NCBI GenBank assembly: GCA_016297005.1
Contig: JAEDHK010000002.1
Location: 132,837-196,836 of the forward strand
Reading direction: 5' to 3'
Source of the DNA: Clostridia bacterium
GTDB lineage: Bacteria > Bacillota > Clostridia > Christensenellales > DTU072
Length of the DNA stretch: 64,000 nucleotides
Made by a program: the position numbers and the translations under genes. Shown piece after piece: positions 25,236 through 35,660 of the stretch. Numbering within the stretch: position 1 is the stretch's first letter; each line of letters starts with the position of its first letter. The notes under the pieces are model-generated. The model was not told the origin of the DNA, did no database searches, and saw nothing but the letters and a program-made list of their open reading frames with translations.

Positions 25236-26110
25236 TATTTGCCCCTTTCTTCCATAATGATCTTAATTTCGCTTTCGTTAATACCGACCATCGCTTCGCC
25301 TAAATCCTCGGAGAGTTCAGCAAGCATTTTTGCGTCTTTATAGTTGGTTACGGCCTTAACAATTGCCGCCGCTCTCTTTTCAGGGTTGCCGCTCTTGAAT
25401 ATGCCCGAACCTACAAACACGCCTTCTGCACCGATCTGCATCATAAGCGCCGCATCGGCGGGAGTAGCGATGCCGCCTGCCGCAAAGTTAACAACGGGCA
25501 GTTTTCCGTTCTCGTGAACGTATTGAATCAAGTCGTAGGGTACCTGCAAAGTCTTAGCCGCTTCGTATAACTCGTCCCGGGAAAGAGAAACAACCCTTCT
25601 GATTTCAGCCTGCATTGCTCTCATATGTCTGACGGCCTGAACGACGTCGCCCGTACCGGGTTCTCCCTTGGTTCTTATCATAGAAGCACCCTCGGCAATA
25701 CGCCTTAAAGCCTCGCCCAGGTCTCTTGCGCCGCATACAAAGGGCACGTCGAACTGCGTTTTATCTATGTGGTACTTGTCGTCGGCAGGAGAAAGCACTT
25801 CGCTCTCGTCGATATAATCGATCTCAATTGCTTGCAAAATCTGCGCTTCTGCAAAGTGACCGATACGACATTTAGCCATGACGGGAATGGATACCGCTTC
25901 CTGAATACCTTTAATCATCTTGGGGTCGCTCATGCGGGAGACGCCGCCTGCCGCCCTGATATCCGCAGGAATTCTTTCCAACGCCATAACTGCGCAAGCG
26001 CCTGCTTTTTCTGCAATTCTTGCCTGTTCGGGCGTAGTAACGTCCATAATAACGCCACCCTTGAGCATTTGCGCAAGGTTTTTATTTAATTCGTATCTTG
26101 TATTATCCAT
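25235..26110 (-). CDS. pdxS: pyridoxal 5'-phosphate synthase, lyase subunit PdxS
   Basis: [37 protein letters not shown]. Start set at the ATG at 26110 by N-terminal length comparison with B. subtilis PdxS. Upstream starts are possible. Confidence 0.9.
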   Translation of the reverse strand: MDNTRYELNKNLAQMLKGGVIMDVTTPEQARIAEKAGACAVMALERIPADIRAAGGVSRMSDPKMIKGIQEAVSIPVMAKCRIGHFAEAQILQAIEIDYIDESEVLSPADDKYHIDKTQFDVPFVCGARDLGEALRRIAEGASMIRTKGEPGTGDVVQAVRHMRAMQAEIRRVVSLSRDELYEAAKTLQVPYDLIQYVHENGKLPVVNFAAGGIATPADAALMMQIGAEGVFVGSGIFKSGNPEKRAAAIVKAVTNYKDAKMLAELSEDLGEAMVGINESEIKIIMEERGK

Positions 26111-26452
26111 TTTATTAAAGTCCTTTTTGTTTTTATTTGGTACCATTAGCAATTATACTCCATTTTGATATTATTGAAATAGCCAAAATAAATAAATTTT
26201 ATATTACCAGATTGTCGGAATACAAATTGAATAATTTGCGAAAAATCGAAAGATATGTTCCGTCGGTTCTGCTCCGAAAACGAACCTCGCTACCGATAAT
26301 TTCATTTTATAAATTCTCTCAAATATGCCCACTTAGAATTGGCCGTCGTAATATACGGTTAAACCGATTGAAATTTCTTCCATAAAAAAATCTCCCCCTA
26401 TCGCATCTGCGATACGAGGAAGCTCCTGCTTGTCTTTCGGGATCTTGCGGCT

Positions 26453-26480
26453 TAAAAAAAACAGGAGCAATCGTCCTGTT
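26453..26480 (-). terminator. rho-independent terminator after tRNA-Pro
   Basis: ACAGGA...TCCTGT hairpin followed on the minus strand by TTTTTTTA. Confidence 0.6.
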
Positions 26481-26488
26481 TGTTTTTT

Positions 26489-26565
26489 TGGTCGGAGTGA
26501 CTGGACTTGAACCAGCGGCCTCATGGTCCCGAACCATGCGCGCTACCAAACTGCGCTACACCCCG
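26489..26565 (-). tRNA. tRNA-Pro (anticodon CGG), CCA encoded
   Basis: Minus strand reads CGGGGTG-TAGCGCAGTTTGGTAGCGCG-CATGG-TTCGGGA-CCATG-AGGCC-GCTGG-TTCAAGT-CCAGT-CACTCCG-ACCA. The C1:G72 pair is typical of bacterial tRNA-Pro. Confidence 0.9.
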
Positions 26566-26767
26566 AAAACGCATCTATTTTATACCGTTTTTTTCTTTTT
26601 TGCAAGCGTTTTGCTTGAAAATCTTTTTTCGCCCTTTCCTTATTTGTTTCTTAGCTTCAAAAAATAAAAAAATCGTTGTTGACGGCGTTTGATATTTTAT
26701 GATATTATATAATAAATATTATGTTCGCCACGCGCGATACGCGCGCGAGCGCAGGTGTAATCGGGTT

Positions 26768-29700
26768 ATGAAAAAGAAACTTCTCATTTGTTTTTTCGTC
26801 GGCTTGCTCGCCCTTCTTTCGATCGGCGTTCTTGTCTCATGCAACGAATATAAGCCCGTCGACGTACCCACGCCGGATATCATCGGCGGCGACGCCGAAA
26901 ACTGCGAGCACGAATACGACGAGGGCGTCTTTTTCGAGGCGACCTGTCTTGTACGCGCGCATACCAAACACACGTGTAAAAAATGCAACAATTCTTACGT
27001 AATCTATGAAGGAGAATTCGGCCCTCACATCGAGGCGACGCGACACATTGCCGGAAAAAACTGTTTATCCTTCGGTTGCACCGAAACCTATTGCACCGTA
27101 TGTAATAACATTTTATCCACCGAGTACGATACGGAGTACGGTCCGCACTCTTACGTGAATACCAACCGAAAAGTCGCCGGAGATTGCAAAACTATCGGAT
27201 ACACCGTCTTAAAAACCTGTTCCGTCTGCAAAGAACAGATCATCGAAGCAGGAACGTACGGGGATCATAAATTAGGCAAAGCCGTCCACGTCGACCCCAC
27301 CTGCGTTTCCGAAGGATACGACGAAGCTACTTGCACCGTCTGTAACCAATATAAAGAAAAATATAACGTCGTACCGCCTTCGGACCACGATCTCAAAGAA
27401 GTTACCATGCCCGGCGCCGATTGCCAACATCTGACCGTCATCCTGTCGCGCTGTGTTAGATGCGACTACGAAAAAACGACGGAAACCTCTCTTTACGGAC
27501 CTCATGCCTTTGCGTCCGTCGACGGAGACACGCACGCTTGTTCCGTCTGCGGAACGTCCTCCTCTCATAACGTCGTTATAAAAAGCGTTTCGGACGCGGA
27601 GCATATGAGCTATTGCGACGTTTGCGGCCGTAGGCACGAAACTCAGACGCACAGTTACGGCTCGCCCGTTACGGTGGACGCGACTTGCACGCAAAACGGC
27701 TTGTCCACCTATTCTTGTAACGTGTGCGGGCATACTCATTCCGTCGTTCTCCCCGCAAAGCACGACTTCCGTTTGTCGACGGTTACCCTATCCTCCTGTG
27801 ATAAAAACGGAGACGCTACCATTGTTTGTTCTTCTTGCGGAAAGACGGAAAAAGCCCCTTTCTTCGCCCCGTCCGATTCTTCGGCGGTCGGCGTTGCTCC
27901 CGTCGTGTCGCTTCTTCCCGGCGCGCCCATAGGCAGCGGCGGCGAATACGTCTATTTCGGGTCTTATCCCTCCACCCGCGTCGTTCTGCCCACGATAACG
28001 AGCGTTCTGAATTCTTTGGCCGGCAATTTGCCTACGCCAAGTGACAACGCCGATTGGCGTCTCGCTTCTTATTGCGGAAACTCCGCCTATTCATGGTATA
28101 TCGACGTAACTCACGGCGGAGAAAAATACAGGGGATTGTATTTTACCGCCTATCGCCCCGCTCTCCTCTCCGATCAACCGGGCGCCGAACGATCTTATGT
28201 GGACGATAACGGCTACCTTGCGGGGACGGTCTATTGGTTCAGATACGAAAGTCTCCGTTGGAAGGTCCTTTCTTCCGATAACGGTTATATTCTTTTCTCC
28301 CACGCCATTACGGACGCACAGGCTCTCGGCGCTTCGCTGTCCTCCTGGGATAATTGCTCCCTGAAAGGTTATTTGGACGAAGAATTCTTTACCGTCGCTT
28401 TTTCCGACGAAGAAAAAGCGTCTGTGATCGCTACGTCCTTACTGTCGGATTCCGATCTGAAAAACGCCGACTACGGATTCCTCGGCAAAAACGTCTACGA
28501 CGAAGCGCTTTGTTTACAGACGACCGACTATGCCAAAGCGCAAGGGGCTCTTACCGGCGCGTTTTGGCTTACTCCTTCTTCCTCGACCGGAACGTACGCT
28601 CTTTCCTCTTACGGTTACGCGCTCGACCGCGCGCCCGGGCATAATTTTTCGGAAACGATCGATCCGTCCAACCTGCGCTCGCAAGCCACGTGCGTCGCGT
28701 ACGCCACCTACTATAAGGTTTGCTCGGTCTGCGGAAAACTTTCGGAAGAATATTTCAGCGACGAAGCGAACGGCTACGCCCTCCATTCTTACGCCTACTC
28801 TTATACGCCCGTTCTGCATAAATACGCATGTTCCGTCTGCGGAGAGGAGCTTCTGGAAGAGGACCATACGCTTACTCACACGGACGAACAGAACGGTCTG
28901 CATCATCGTTCCGTCTGTTCGGTCTGCGGTTATAACGCTCGGGAAGAACACGCTTTCAACGAAAGCGCCTGCTCGCTGTGCAATGTATCGAAGGTGTCGT
29001 ATACCGCTTACTGGGACGTTTCCGGCGGCACGTACGACGTCGTCGCTTATTTAAACGGCACGACTCTGACCATCCTCGGCCGTGGGGAAATGTCCGATTA
29101 TTCGACGCAGTCGCTCCCGCCCTATTCTTCTTATTCCCACACGATTACCGACGTCGTCTTCGGCGAAAACGTCACTTCGATCGGAGCGTATGCCTTTTAC
29201 GGTTTTTCAGCCCTGACCTCCGTGACCGTTCCCGAACAGATCGAAAAGATCGGCAAGTGCGCTTTCGCTCATGCCGAAAAGGTATCGTTGCTGCATTTTA
29301 AAGCCGTTTCCTGCGGTTCTTTCCCGGCGAACAATAACGTCTTTGCCAACCTGGGCGCAAACAGCGCCTCTTTGTCCGTTGTGATCGGCGAAAACGTAAC
29401 GACCGTCCCGGACTGTTTCCTTTATCCCTCCGCGGACGCCTTGCCGTCGGTCACGTCTTTGACCATCGAAAGCGAATGCCTTACTTCGATCGGCGATTAC
29501 GCTTTTTATAATCTGTCTTTACCGACCGACGTTTCTCTTCCTGATGTCCGTTCGATCGGCGATTACGCTTTTTACGGAAACGCCGCCGCCACCTCTTTTA
29601 TGCTCGGCGGCGAGCTTACTTCGGTCGGGAAATACGCCTTTTATCAGTGCGAAAACGCGACCTTCCGCGCCGGATCATACTTTACGTCGGTCGGAGAATA

Positions 29701-32700
29701 CGCTTTCTATAATTGCCGCGGTCTCTCGTCCGCTTGTCTGAACGTCAATATCGTTCCCGACTATGCTTTTTTCAATACCGGATTGGACGTTCTTATGTTG
29801 TCCGAAGCGCCGACTTTCATCGGCAAGTATGCCTTTTATAACGCGCCGCTTACGACTGTACTGAACGCCGATCTCTCGTCCGGGAATCTCCTGCTTTCCG
29901 CTTCTTACGTAGGCGACTGCGCTTTCTTCCAATCGCAAATAGGCGGAGACCTTTCGTCGGACAATCTCGTTTCCGTCGGAGAAAAAGCCTTCTATGGTTG
30001 CCGGAATCTATTGTCCGTCTCCGCTCCCGCGCTTTCTTCCATAGGCATATATGCTTTTGCCGAATGCTCCGACTTAGGCGGCTTTTTTGCAGACGGCCTG
30101 ACTTCCGTATCCGACGGTTGCTTCGCCGGCGATTCCGATTTGAGACGCCTCCGCTTCTCCTCGTCGTTAACGGACGTTGGAAAAGAGTCTTTCTTGTCTT
30201 GCTATCGATTGAATTCTTTTACGCTGCCGGCGACGCTCTCTTCCATCGGCACGAACGCCTTTAAAGGGTGCTTTACTCTCGTCGAAGTGGATAACCGCTC
30301 CTCTCTCGGCATAAAGGAGGGCGCGATCAGTAACGGTTACGTCGCCGCCTATACCAAACGTATCTACGACGGAAGGAACGACCTTTCCGCCCTGACGGAA
30401 GAAAACGGATTGATCCTCTTACAGACGACCGATACTTCTTTGATCGTCGGTTACGACGCTCCCGGCAACGTGCTGGATCTTTCTTATGACGTAGCCGCTT
30501 ATGCGTTCTATAAGGCCTCCGGCATCGAATCCGTTACCGTCCGCAACGGCAAAACCGTCGGCCGTTTCGCCTTTTACGGAGCAAAAGACCTTACTTCCGT
30601 CCGTTTGTCCGGAACGGCGGGCACCGAGGCTTTCTCCTCTTGTGAAAATTTGTCCTTCGTCGCCATCGGCGCCGGTTCTGCCATAGCCATCGACGCTTTT
30701 TCGGGCGACCTTCTTCGGGAGATCGCGTTCGATTCTTCTTTATTTACCTCCCTGAAAGAACTCTTTTCCGTTGTAGAAGCTCAGACGCTCCGTATGACTT
30801 CTTATACGGAAGGTTCCGTTCCTGCCATCGACGGATACTCGGGCGTTCAGGAAACGAACGAAGTCGTCTATACAAGCACGACGGAAATCGAGACAATCAC
30901 GGCAAATATCACTCCTTCCGTTACTTACACGCTGAAAAAGATCCGTCCGAACGGATACAGCCTTTCGATTAACGGAACGGGTACTTTGCCCGACTTTACC
31001 GAAAATAACGTTCCTTGGGCCGATTATATCGAAGTCATAATCTCTTTGACCGTCGAAAGCGGCGTTACAAATATCGGCGCGTACGCCTTATACGGAGCGA
31101 CTTCTCTCAGCGAGATCCTCTCTTTCGGCGACGTGACAAATATCGGCGACTACGCCTTTTTCGGTTGTGCGGCGCTCTCTTCCTGCGAACTGCCGAGCGG
31201 ACTGACTTTGGTCGGAAACCATGCTTTCGAAAACTGCTCCTCGTTGCAAACGCTTTCTTTGCCCTCTTCTCTGACGAGCATAGAGAGCTATGCGTTCTCC
31301 GGGTGTTCTTCTTTGAAAAACGGAGCCGTCCTGCCCGAGGGCGTGACGAGCATAGGCTCGCATGCGTACGACGGGTGCGTATCTTTGACGGAGATTTCTT
31401 TGCCATATTCAATAACCTACCTGGGCGGATACGCCTTCGCCGATTGCCGATCCTTAACGCGTATCGTCTATAACTGCGAAGATTGCGCCGACCTTGAAAG
31501 AGACAATTACCTGTTCTATAACTGCGGACAATCCGCGGACGGCATTACGTTAGTCATCGGCGACGACGTCCGGTCTATCCCGGCCTATCTATTCAACCCC
31601 GTATTCAATTTGAAGTACGCGTCGCCTCGTATCCTCGCCGTTACCGTTCCGCATCCGCTGACCGTCGGCGACTACGCTTTCCGTAACGTCGGGGCCTCAG
31701 AGATCGACCTTTCTCTCGCTACCTCGATCGGCAAGGGCGTCCTGTCAGGCACTACGCCCGAGGTCCTTGTCCTAAAAGAACTTACAACCACGTTCGGCTA
31801 TCTGTTCGGCGGCTCAAACGCCTCCGTCCCGGCAGAATTGAAGCGCGTCAAGTTTACTTCTTCCGCGTCCGTCCCCGATAACGCCTTCTCCGGATGCGCT
31901 CACCTTGTCTCGGTGACCTTGCCGTCCGGTAACGAGAATATAACCATCGGTCAGAACGCCTTCTACGGTTGTCTTTCTTTAAGCTCGATATCCGTATCGG
32001 GAGACGGTATCTCCGTCGGGACGAGCGCCTTTTTCGGTTGCTCTTCTTTACAATCGGTATCCATTTCTTCCTCCGATAAGAACGTAACCTTGGGCGAGCA
32101 TGCTTTTGCCGAATGTTCCGCTCTGACCGAAGTCAGCGTCGATTGTTTATCGTCCGTCGGAACGGGCGCATTCTTGAAATGCAAACAGGTCTCCTCTTTC
32201 TCCTGCACGGGGCAAAACGTTGCCGTCCATCAAAGCGGCGACGCATTCGGACTGTACAGTCTCTCTTCTTTTGCCACCCTGATCGGATTCGTGGGGCCGG
32301 CGACCGGCTACGAGATCCCCGGTTCCGTCGGAGGAAAGACGGTCTCCGTGATCGGCGAAGAAGCTTTTGCTTCTCTCGACGGTCTGTACGAAGTCACTCT
32401 GCCTTCGACCGTCACTTCCGTCGAAGAAAAAGCATTCTTCGATTGCTCCTCGTTAAAAACCGTTGACTTCGGCGATAACGACGTCATGCGCGCCGTCGGC
32501 GTACAAGCGTTTGCCAAGTGCACGAACTTACGTAATATCGTCCTGCCCGCTTCTACACAGATCGTTTCGGAACGGGCGTTCGAGGATTGTTCCTCTCTGA
32601 CATCTTTCTTACTTCCCGCCGAAACGAATACGCTCGGCGAAAGAGCTTTCGCTTCTTGTCGCAAACTGAAAACTTTCTCCTTCGGCGGCAAAAAACTCGC

Positions 32701-34843
32701 CTCTCTGCCAACAGGGGCTTTCTCGTCCTGCGTTCTGTTGTCTTCCATCGACTTGCCGCAAGGTATGGAAATCATCGGCGATAACGCTTTCGAGCAATGC
32801 TCGTCCTTGCTTTCCGTCACTTTGCCGACCGGCTTGAAGCAAGTTCGTTCTTATGCTTTCTCTCATTGTAAAAACCTGACTGCGCTTTCCATCCCCAACT
32901 CGGTTATCACGTTGGGCGATAAGGTCTTTAACGGTTGCATAGGACTGGAAGAACTGCAATTCGGCACAGGAATCTCTTCTCTCGGCATGGGCATGCTCAG
33001 CGGATGTAAAAGCCTGCGCTCGCTTACGTTACCTTTCGTTGGCGCAACCAACGCCGAGTCGAAAACCATCTATCCTTTCGGATATATCTTCGGCACCGCC
33101 TCTTACGACGGCTCCGTAAAAACGCCTCAATCCGTCATAGAGGTATCCACGTTCGGCGGAGAAACGGTTTATACCTCGTCTTCGGTCACATATTACCTGC
33201 CCCAGGCGTTAAAAACGGTAACCATCAGAAGCGGCTCTATCAACGAAGGCGCTTTCTCCGGCTGCTCTTCTTTACAGACGGTCGATATCTCCGCCACCGG
33301 CGTACGCAAGATAAGCAAAAAAGCCTTCTCCGGGTGCAGCCAACTGACTAAGATCGTCTTCCCCGACACTTTGACGACCATCGAAGCGGAAGCCTTCTTT
33401 TATTGCTCGTCTCTAACCGACCTTCTTTTACCCGAACGTGTCAGCGACATCGACTTTGACGAAAGCGCATACGTCGCGAAATCGGCTTTTACTTATTCCG
33501 GGTATTATTCCAATCAACGCAACTGGGAAGAAGGCGTTTTCTATCTGAAAGTAAAACGCGGCTCCGGTTATGCGCTCTTTGCCGCGGACGCCCAGACGGG
33601 AACGGATCGTCCCTGTCACGTAAAAGAAGGAACAATACTGATCCTCGATAATGCTTTTGAAAACAGTTCTTTTACCGAAGTATATCTGCCGTCGTCCGTT
33701 CAACGGGTCGGCGAAAACGTTTTGAAAGGCAATAGCCGTATCTCCGTACTATCGGTGCCTTTTGTCGGAAAGACTCCTTCCGAAAATAATTTCCTCGCCT
33801 ATTTCTTCGGCGGCAAGTTGGATCCAACCGTTGCCGATCCCGAGTATAAAGTCAACTCCTCCCAGGATTACATACCGTCTTCTCTGACATCATTGATCCT
33901 GACCGGAAACGGCGCCGTTCCCGATCGCGTCTGCCATGGTTGCAGTCATCTCGCTTCCGTCGTGATCGGCAACGGCTATACTTCCGTCGGAACGCAATCT
34001 TTTGCCGGCTGTCCTATCCTGGAAAGCGTTACCCTCCCCGACTCCATGAGCGTAATCGGCATGTACGCTTTCGAGTATTGCACCTCGTTGCAATCCATTA
34101 TTCTGCCCAACAGCGTTACCAACGTCAGAAAGGGTGCTTTTGCAAGCTGTACCGCCATGCGCTTCTATTCCGCTCCCTTCGTCGGGGCAACGCCCACGGG
34201 CAACACCTATCTCGGTTACGTCTTCTGCCCCTCGTCCGAGGAATCGCCCTCCGCGACCATGAACGGCGATCTTGTGCCCGAGTCCCTGGAGATCGTATCC
34301 CTGAGCGGAAACTATTCTTCCGTCCCGGCAGGCGCCTTCTATGGGTGCAGATATATACGTACCATCATTCTGAACGTCAACGCGTCCACCATCGGTTCCG
34401 ACGCATTCTATAATTGCGCTTTACTTTCCGACGTTTATATCGTAGGCACGGGTAGCTATAAGGCAACGTACAGAGACAGCAATACTTCTCGTTACGAACA
34501 CTTTGCCAACGCGTCGTTCCACCAGATCTATTTCGACTCGGAATCGGTCACACGTAACCTGTCCACCATTCTGCAAGACAACACTTACGTCAACCGCCTC
34601 AATAGCAACGACACCTCTCTTACCATAGAGTCGACCAAATACGTTTCCTCCGATCCATCCGTCGCTGCCTTCCAATACGAATTTGACGAGAACGGAAACG
34701 GCGTCATAGAAGCCACGGAAAAGAAAGACCACTCTTCGGACGGCCTCGTCACTTTCTTCAAAAAAGGTACGACCGTCATCACGGTCACGGTCAAAACGAC
34801 TTACTTTACCGTCTCCCTTTCCTACACGTTGACGGTCTCTTAG
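26768..34843 (+). CDS. giant surface lipoprotein: Cys-rich repeats + DUF6273-like region + many BspA-type LRRs + C-terminal Big_2-like domain
   Basis: Start trimmed to the ATG at 26768 (MKKKLLICFFVGLLALLSIGVLVSC lipobox). About 8 repeats of G.H...C..(G)....C..C. Dozens of IG.YAF..C..L..(V/I).(L/I)P LRR_5 units. C-terminal VTFFKKGTTVITVTVKT. Confidence 0.8.
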   Translation: MKKKLLICFFVGLLALLSIGVLVSCNEYKPVDVPTPDIIGGDAENCEHEYDEGVFFEATCLVRAHTKHTCKKCNNSYVIYEGEFGPHIEATRHIAGKNCLSFGCTETYCTVCNNILSTEYDTEYGPHSYVNTNRKVAGDCKTIGYTVLKTCSVCKEQIIEAGTYGDHKLGKAVHVDPTCVSEGYDEATCTVCNQYKEKYNVVPPSDHDLKEVTMPGADCQHLTVILSRCVRCDYEKTTETSLYGPHAFASVDGDTHACSVCGTSSSHNVVIKSVSDAEHMSYCDVCGRRHETQTHSYGSPVTVDATCTQNGLSTYSCNVCGHTHSVVLPAKHDFRLSTVTLSSCDKNGDATIVCSSCGKTEKAPFFAPSDSSAVGVAPVVSLLPGAPIGSGGEYVYFGSYPSTRVVLPTITSVLNSLAGNLPTPSDNADWRLASYCGNSAYSWYIDVTHGGEKYRGLYFTAYRPALLSDQPGAERSYVDDNGYLAGTVYWFRYESLRWKVLSSDNGYILFSHAITDAQALGASLSSWDNCSLKGYLDEEFFTVAFSDEEKASVIATSLLSDSDLKNADYGFLGKNVYDEALCLQTTDYAKAQGALTGAFWLTPSSSTGTYALSSYGYALDRAPGHNFSETIDPSNLRSQATCVAYATYYKVCSVCGKLSEEYFSDEANGYALHSYAYSYTPVLHKYACSVCGEELLEEDHTLTHTDEQNGLHHRSVCSVCGYNAREEHAFNESACSLCNVSKVSYTAYWDVSGGTYDVVAYLNGTTLTILGRGEMSDYSTQSLPPYSSYSHTITDVVFGENVTSIGAYAFYGFSALTSVTVPEQIEKIGKCAFAHAEKVSLLHFKAVSCGSFPANNNVFANLGANSASLSVVIGENVTTVPDCFLYPSADALPSVTSLTIESECLTSIGDYAFYNLSLPTDVSLPDVRSIGDYAFYGNAAATSFMLGGELTSVGKYAFYQCENATFRAGSYFTSVGEYAFYNCRGLSSACLNVNIVPDYAFFNTGLDVLMLSEAPTFIGKYAFYNAPLTTVLNADLSSGNLLLSASYVGDCAFFQSQIGGDLSSDNLVSVGEKAFYGCRNLLSVSAPALSSIGIYAFAECSDLGGFFADGLTSVSDGCFAGDSDLRRLRFSSSLTDVGKESFLSCYRLNSFTLPATLSSIGTNAFKGCFTLVEVDNRSSLGIKEGAISNGYVAAYTKRIYDGRNDLSALTEENGLILLQTTDTSLIVGYDAPGNVLDLSYDVAAYAFYKASGIESVTVRNGKTVGRFAFYGAKDLTSVRLSGTAGTEAFSSCENLSFVAIGAGSAIAIDAFSGDLLREIAFDSSLFTSLKELFSVVEAQTLRMTSYTEGSVPAIDGYSGVQETNEVVYTSTTEIETITANITPSVTYTLKKIRPNGYSLSINGTGTLPDFTENNVPWADYIEVIISLTVESGVTNIGAYALYGATSLSEILSFGDVTNIGDYAFFGCAALSSCELPSGLTLVGNHAFENCSSLQTLSLPSSLTSIESYAFSGCSSLKNGAVLPEGVTSIGSHAYDGCVSLTEISLPYSITYLGGYAFADCRSLTRIVYNCEDCADLERDNYLFYNCGQSADGITLVIGDDVRSIPAYLFNPVFNLKYASPRILAVTVPHPLTVGDYAFRNVGASEIDLSLATSIGKGVLSGTTPEVLVLKELTTTFGYLFGGSNASVPAELKRVKFTSSASVPDNAFSGCAHLVSVTLPSGNENITIGQNAFYGCLSLSSISVSGDGISVGTSAFFGCSSLQSVSISSSDKNVTLGEHAFAECSALTEVSVDCLSSVGTGAFLKCKQVSSFSCTGQNVAVHQSGDAFGLYSLSSFATLIGFVGPATGYEIPGSVGGKTVSVIGEEAFASLDGLYEVTLPSTVTSVEEKAFFDCSSLKTVDFGDNDVMRAVGVQAFAKCTNLRNIVLPASTQIVSERAFEDCSSLTSFLLPAETNTLGERAFASCRKLKTFSFGGKKLASLPTGAFSSCVLLSSIDLPQGMEIIGDNAFEQCSSLLSVTLPTGLKQVRSYAFSHCKNLTALSIPNSVITLGDKVFNGCIGLEELQFGTGISSLGMGMLSGCKSLRSLTLPFVGATNAESKTIYPFGYIFGTASYDGSVKTPQSVIEVSTFGGETVYTSSSVTYYLPQALKTVTIRSGSINEGAFSGCSSLQTVDISATGVRKISKKAFSGCSQLTKIVFPDTLTTIEAEAFFYCSSLTDLLLPERVSDIDFDESAYVAKSAFTYSGYYSNQRNWEEGVFYLKVKRGSGYALFAADAQTGTDRPCHVKEGTILILDNAFENSSFTEVYLPSSVQRVGENVLKGNSRISVLSVPFVGKTPSENNFLAYFFGGKLDPTVADPEYKVNSSQDYIPSSLTSLILTGNGAVPDRVCHGCSHLASVVIGNGYTSVGTQSFAGCPILESVTLPDSMSVIGMYAFEYCTSLQSIILPNSVTNVRKGAFASCTAMRFYSAPFVGATPTGNTYLGYVFCPSSEESPSATMNGDLVPESLEIVSLSGNYSSVPAGAFYGCRYIRTIILNVNASTIGSDAFYNCALLSDVYIVGTGSYKATYRDSNTSRYEHFANASFHQIYFDSESVTRNLSTILQDNTYVNRLNSNDTSLTIESTKYVSSDPSVAAFQYEFDENGNGVIEATEKKDHSSDGLVTFFKKGTTVITVTVKTTYFTVSLSYTLTVS

Positions 34844-34866
34844 TATCAGCGTATTATTCGCCTTCG

Positions 34867-34896
34867 ACCTTGCGTAACGACGCAAGGTTTTTTTTA
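34867..34896 (+). terminator. rho-independent terminator
   Basis: ACCTTGCGT-aacg-ACGCAAGGT followed by TTTTTTTT. Confidence 0.8.
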
Positions 34897-34985
34897 TGAG
34901 TATTTCTTTTCTTCTTATCCTTATATAATATAAAGAAATCCGTTCTTTCCGTCCGAAAAAAACGTGCGAAAAAACGCTAAAATAA

Positions 34986-35014
34986 TTGACAAAGAGAGTA
35001 ACAATATATATAAT
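34986..35014 (+). promoter_or_regulatory. consensus sigma-A promoter of the regulator-potABCD operon
   Basis: TTGACA (34986-34991), exactly 17 nt of spacer, TATAAT (35009-35014). Confidence 0.7.
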
Positions 35015-35094
35015 ACGTTTTGTTTAGCTATGATAAACTTTTTTCTTACAATGCCTTAACTCAAAAGGCGTAAAAGAAGAATGGGAGAAAGCGC

Positions 35095-35631
35095 ATGGAG
35101 ATCGGGACCAGAATTAAAGAATTACGACTGAAAAATAATCTTACGCAAGAAGAACTTGGGGACAGATGCGAACTGACCAAGGGCTTTATCAGTCAGCTCG
35201 AAAACGACCTGACCACGCCCAGCATCGACACTCTGAACGATATTGTTACCATTCTCGGCTCCAATCTGAGCGAATTTTTCGACGAAAGAAAAGAAGATCC
35301 CGTCGTCTTTAAGAAAGACGACTATTTTGTGAAAGAGAGCGAAGACGGCAGCTCCGTTACCTGGCTGGTTCCTTCCGCGCAAAAAAACGAAATGGAGCCC
35401 ATTCTCATTACTCTTCCGCCGCACACCGAGAGCGAAGGAGACATTCCGCACGAGGGAGAAGAATTCGGATACGTTCTTTCCGGCAAGGTCAGACTGCTCC
35501 TTGGTAAAAAGTCTTATATCGTGCGCAAAGGGGAAACATTTTATTATAAAGCGGACAAGCCGCACCACATCGTCAACGACACCGATAAAAGTTGCGAAGT
35601 GCTCTGGATTTCTTGCCCGCCCAATTTTTAG
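35095..35631 (+). CDS. XRE-HTH + cupin transcriptional regulator (PuuR-like)
   Basis: N-terminal [38 protein letters not shown] and a C-terminal cupin ([12 protein letters not shown]...GETFYY). Confidence 0.8.
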   Translation: MEIGTRIKELRLKNNLTQEELGDRCELTKGFISQLENDLTTPSIDTLNDIVTILGSNLSEFFDERKEDPVVFKKDDYFVKESEDGSSVTWLVPSAQKNEMEPILITLPPHTESEGDIPHEGEEFGYVLSGKVRLLLGKKSYIVRKGETFYYKADKPHHIVNDTDKSCEVLWISCPPNF

Positions 35632-35660
35632 AACAAATAACCATCGGAGGCTTACAACAG

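Noticed and set aside
26333-26385. 16-codon mini-ORF (MEEISIGLTVYYDGQF) with a GGGGGAG RBS between tRNA-Pro and pdxS
   Set aside because: It is too short to evaluate without conservation data, and no known leader-peptide control exists for pdxST.
26699-26767. Upstream extension of the giant LRR ORF (start at 26699)
   Set aside because: The internal ATG at 26768 yields a canonical lipoprotein signal peptide. The upstream 23 codons are Arg-rich and overlap the likely promoter region.
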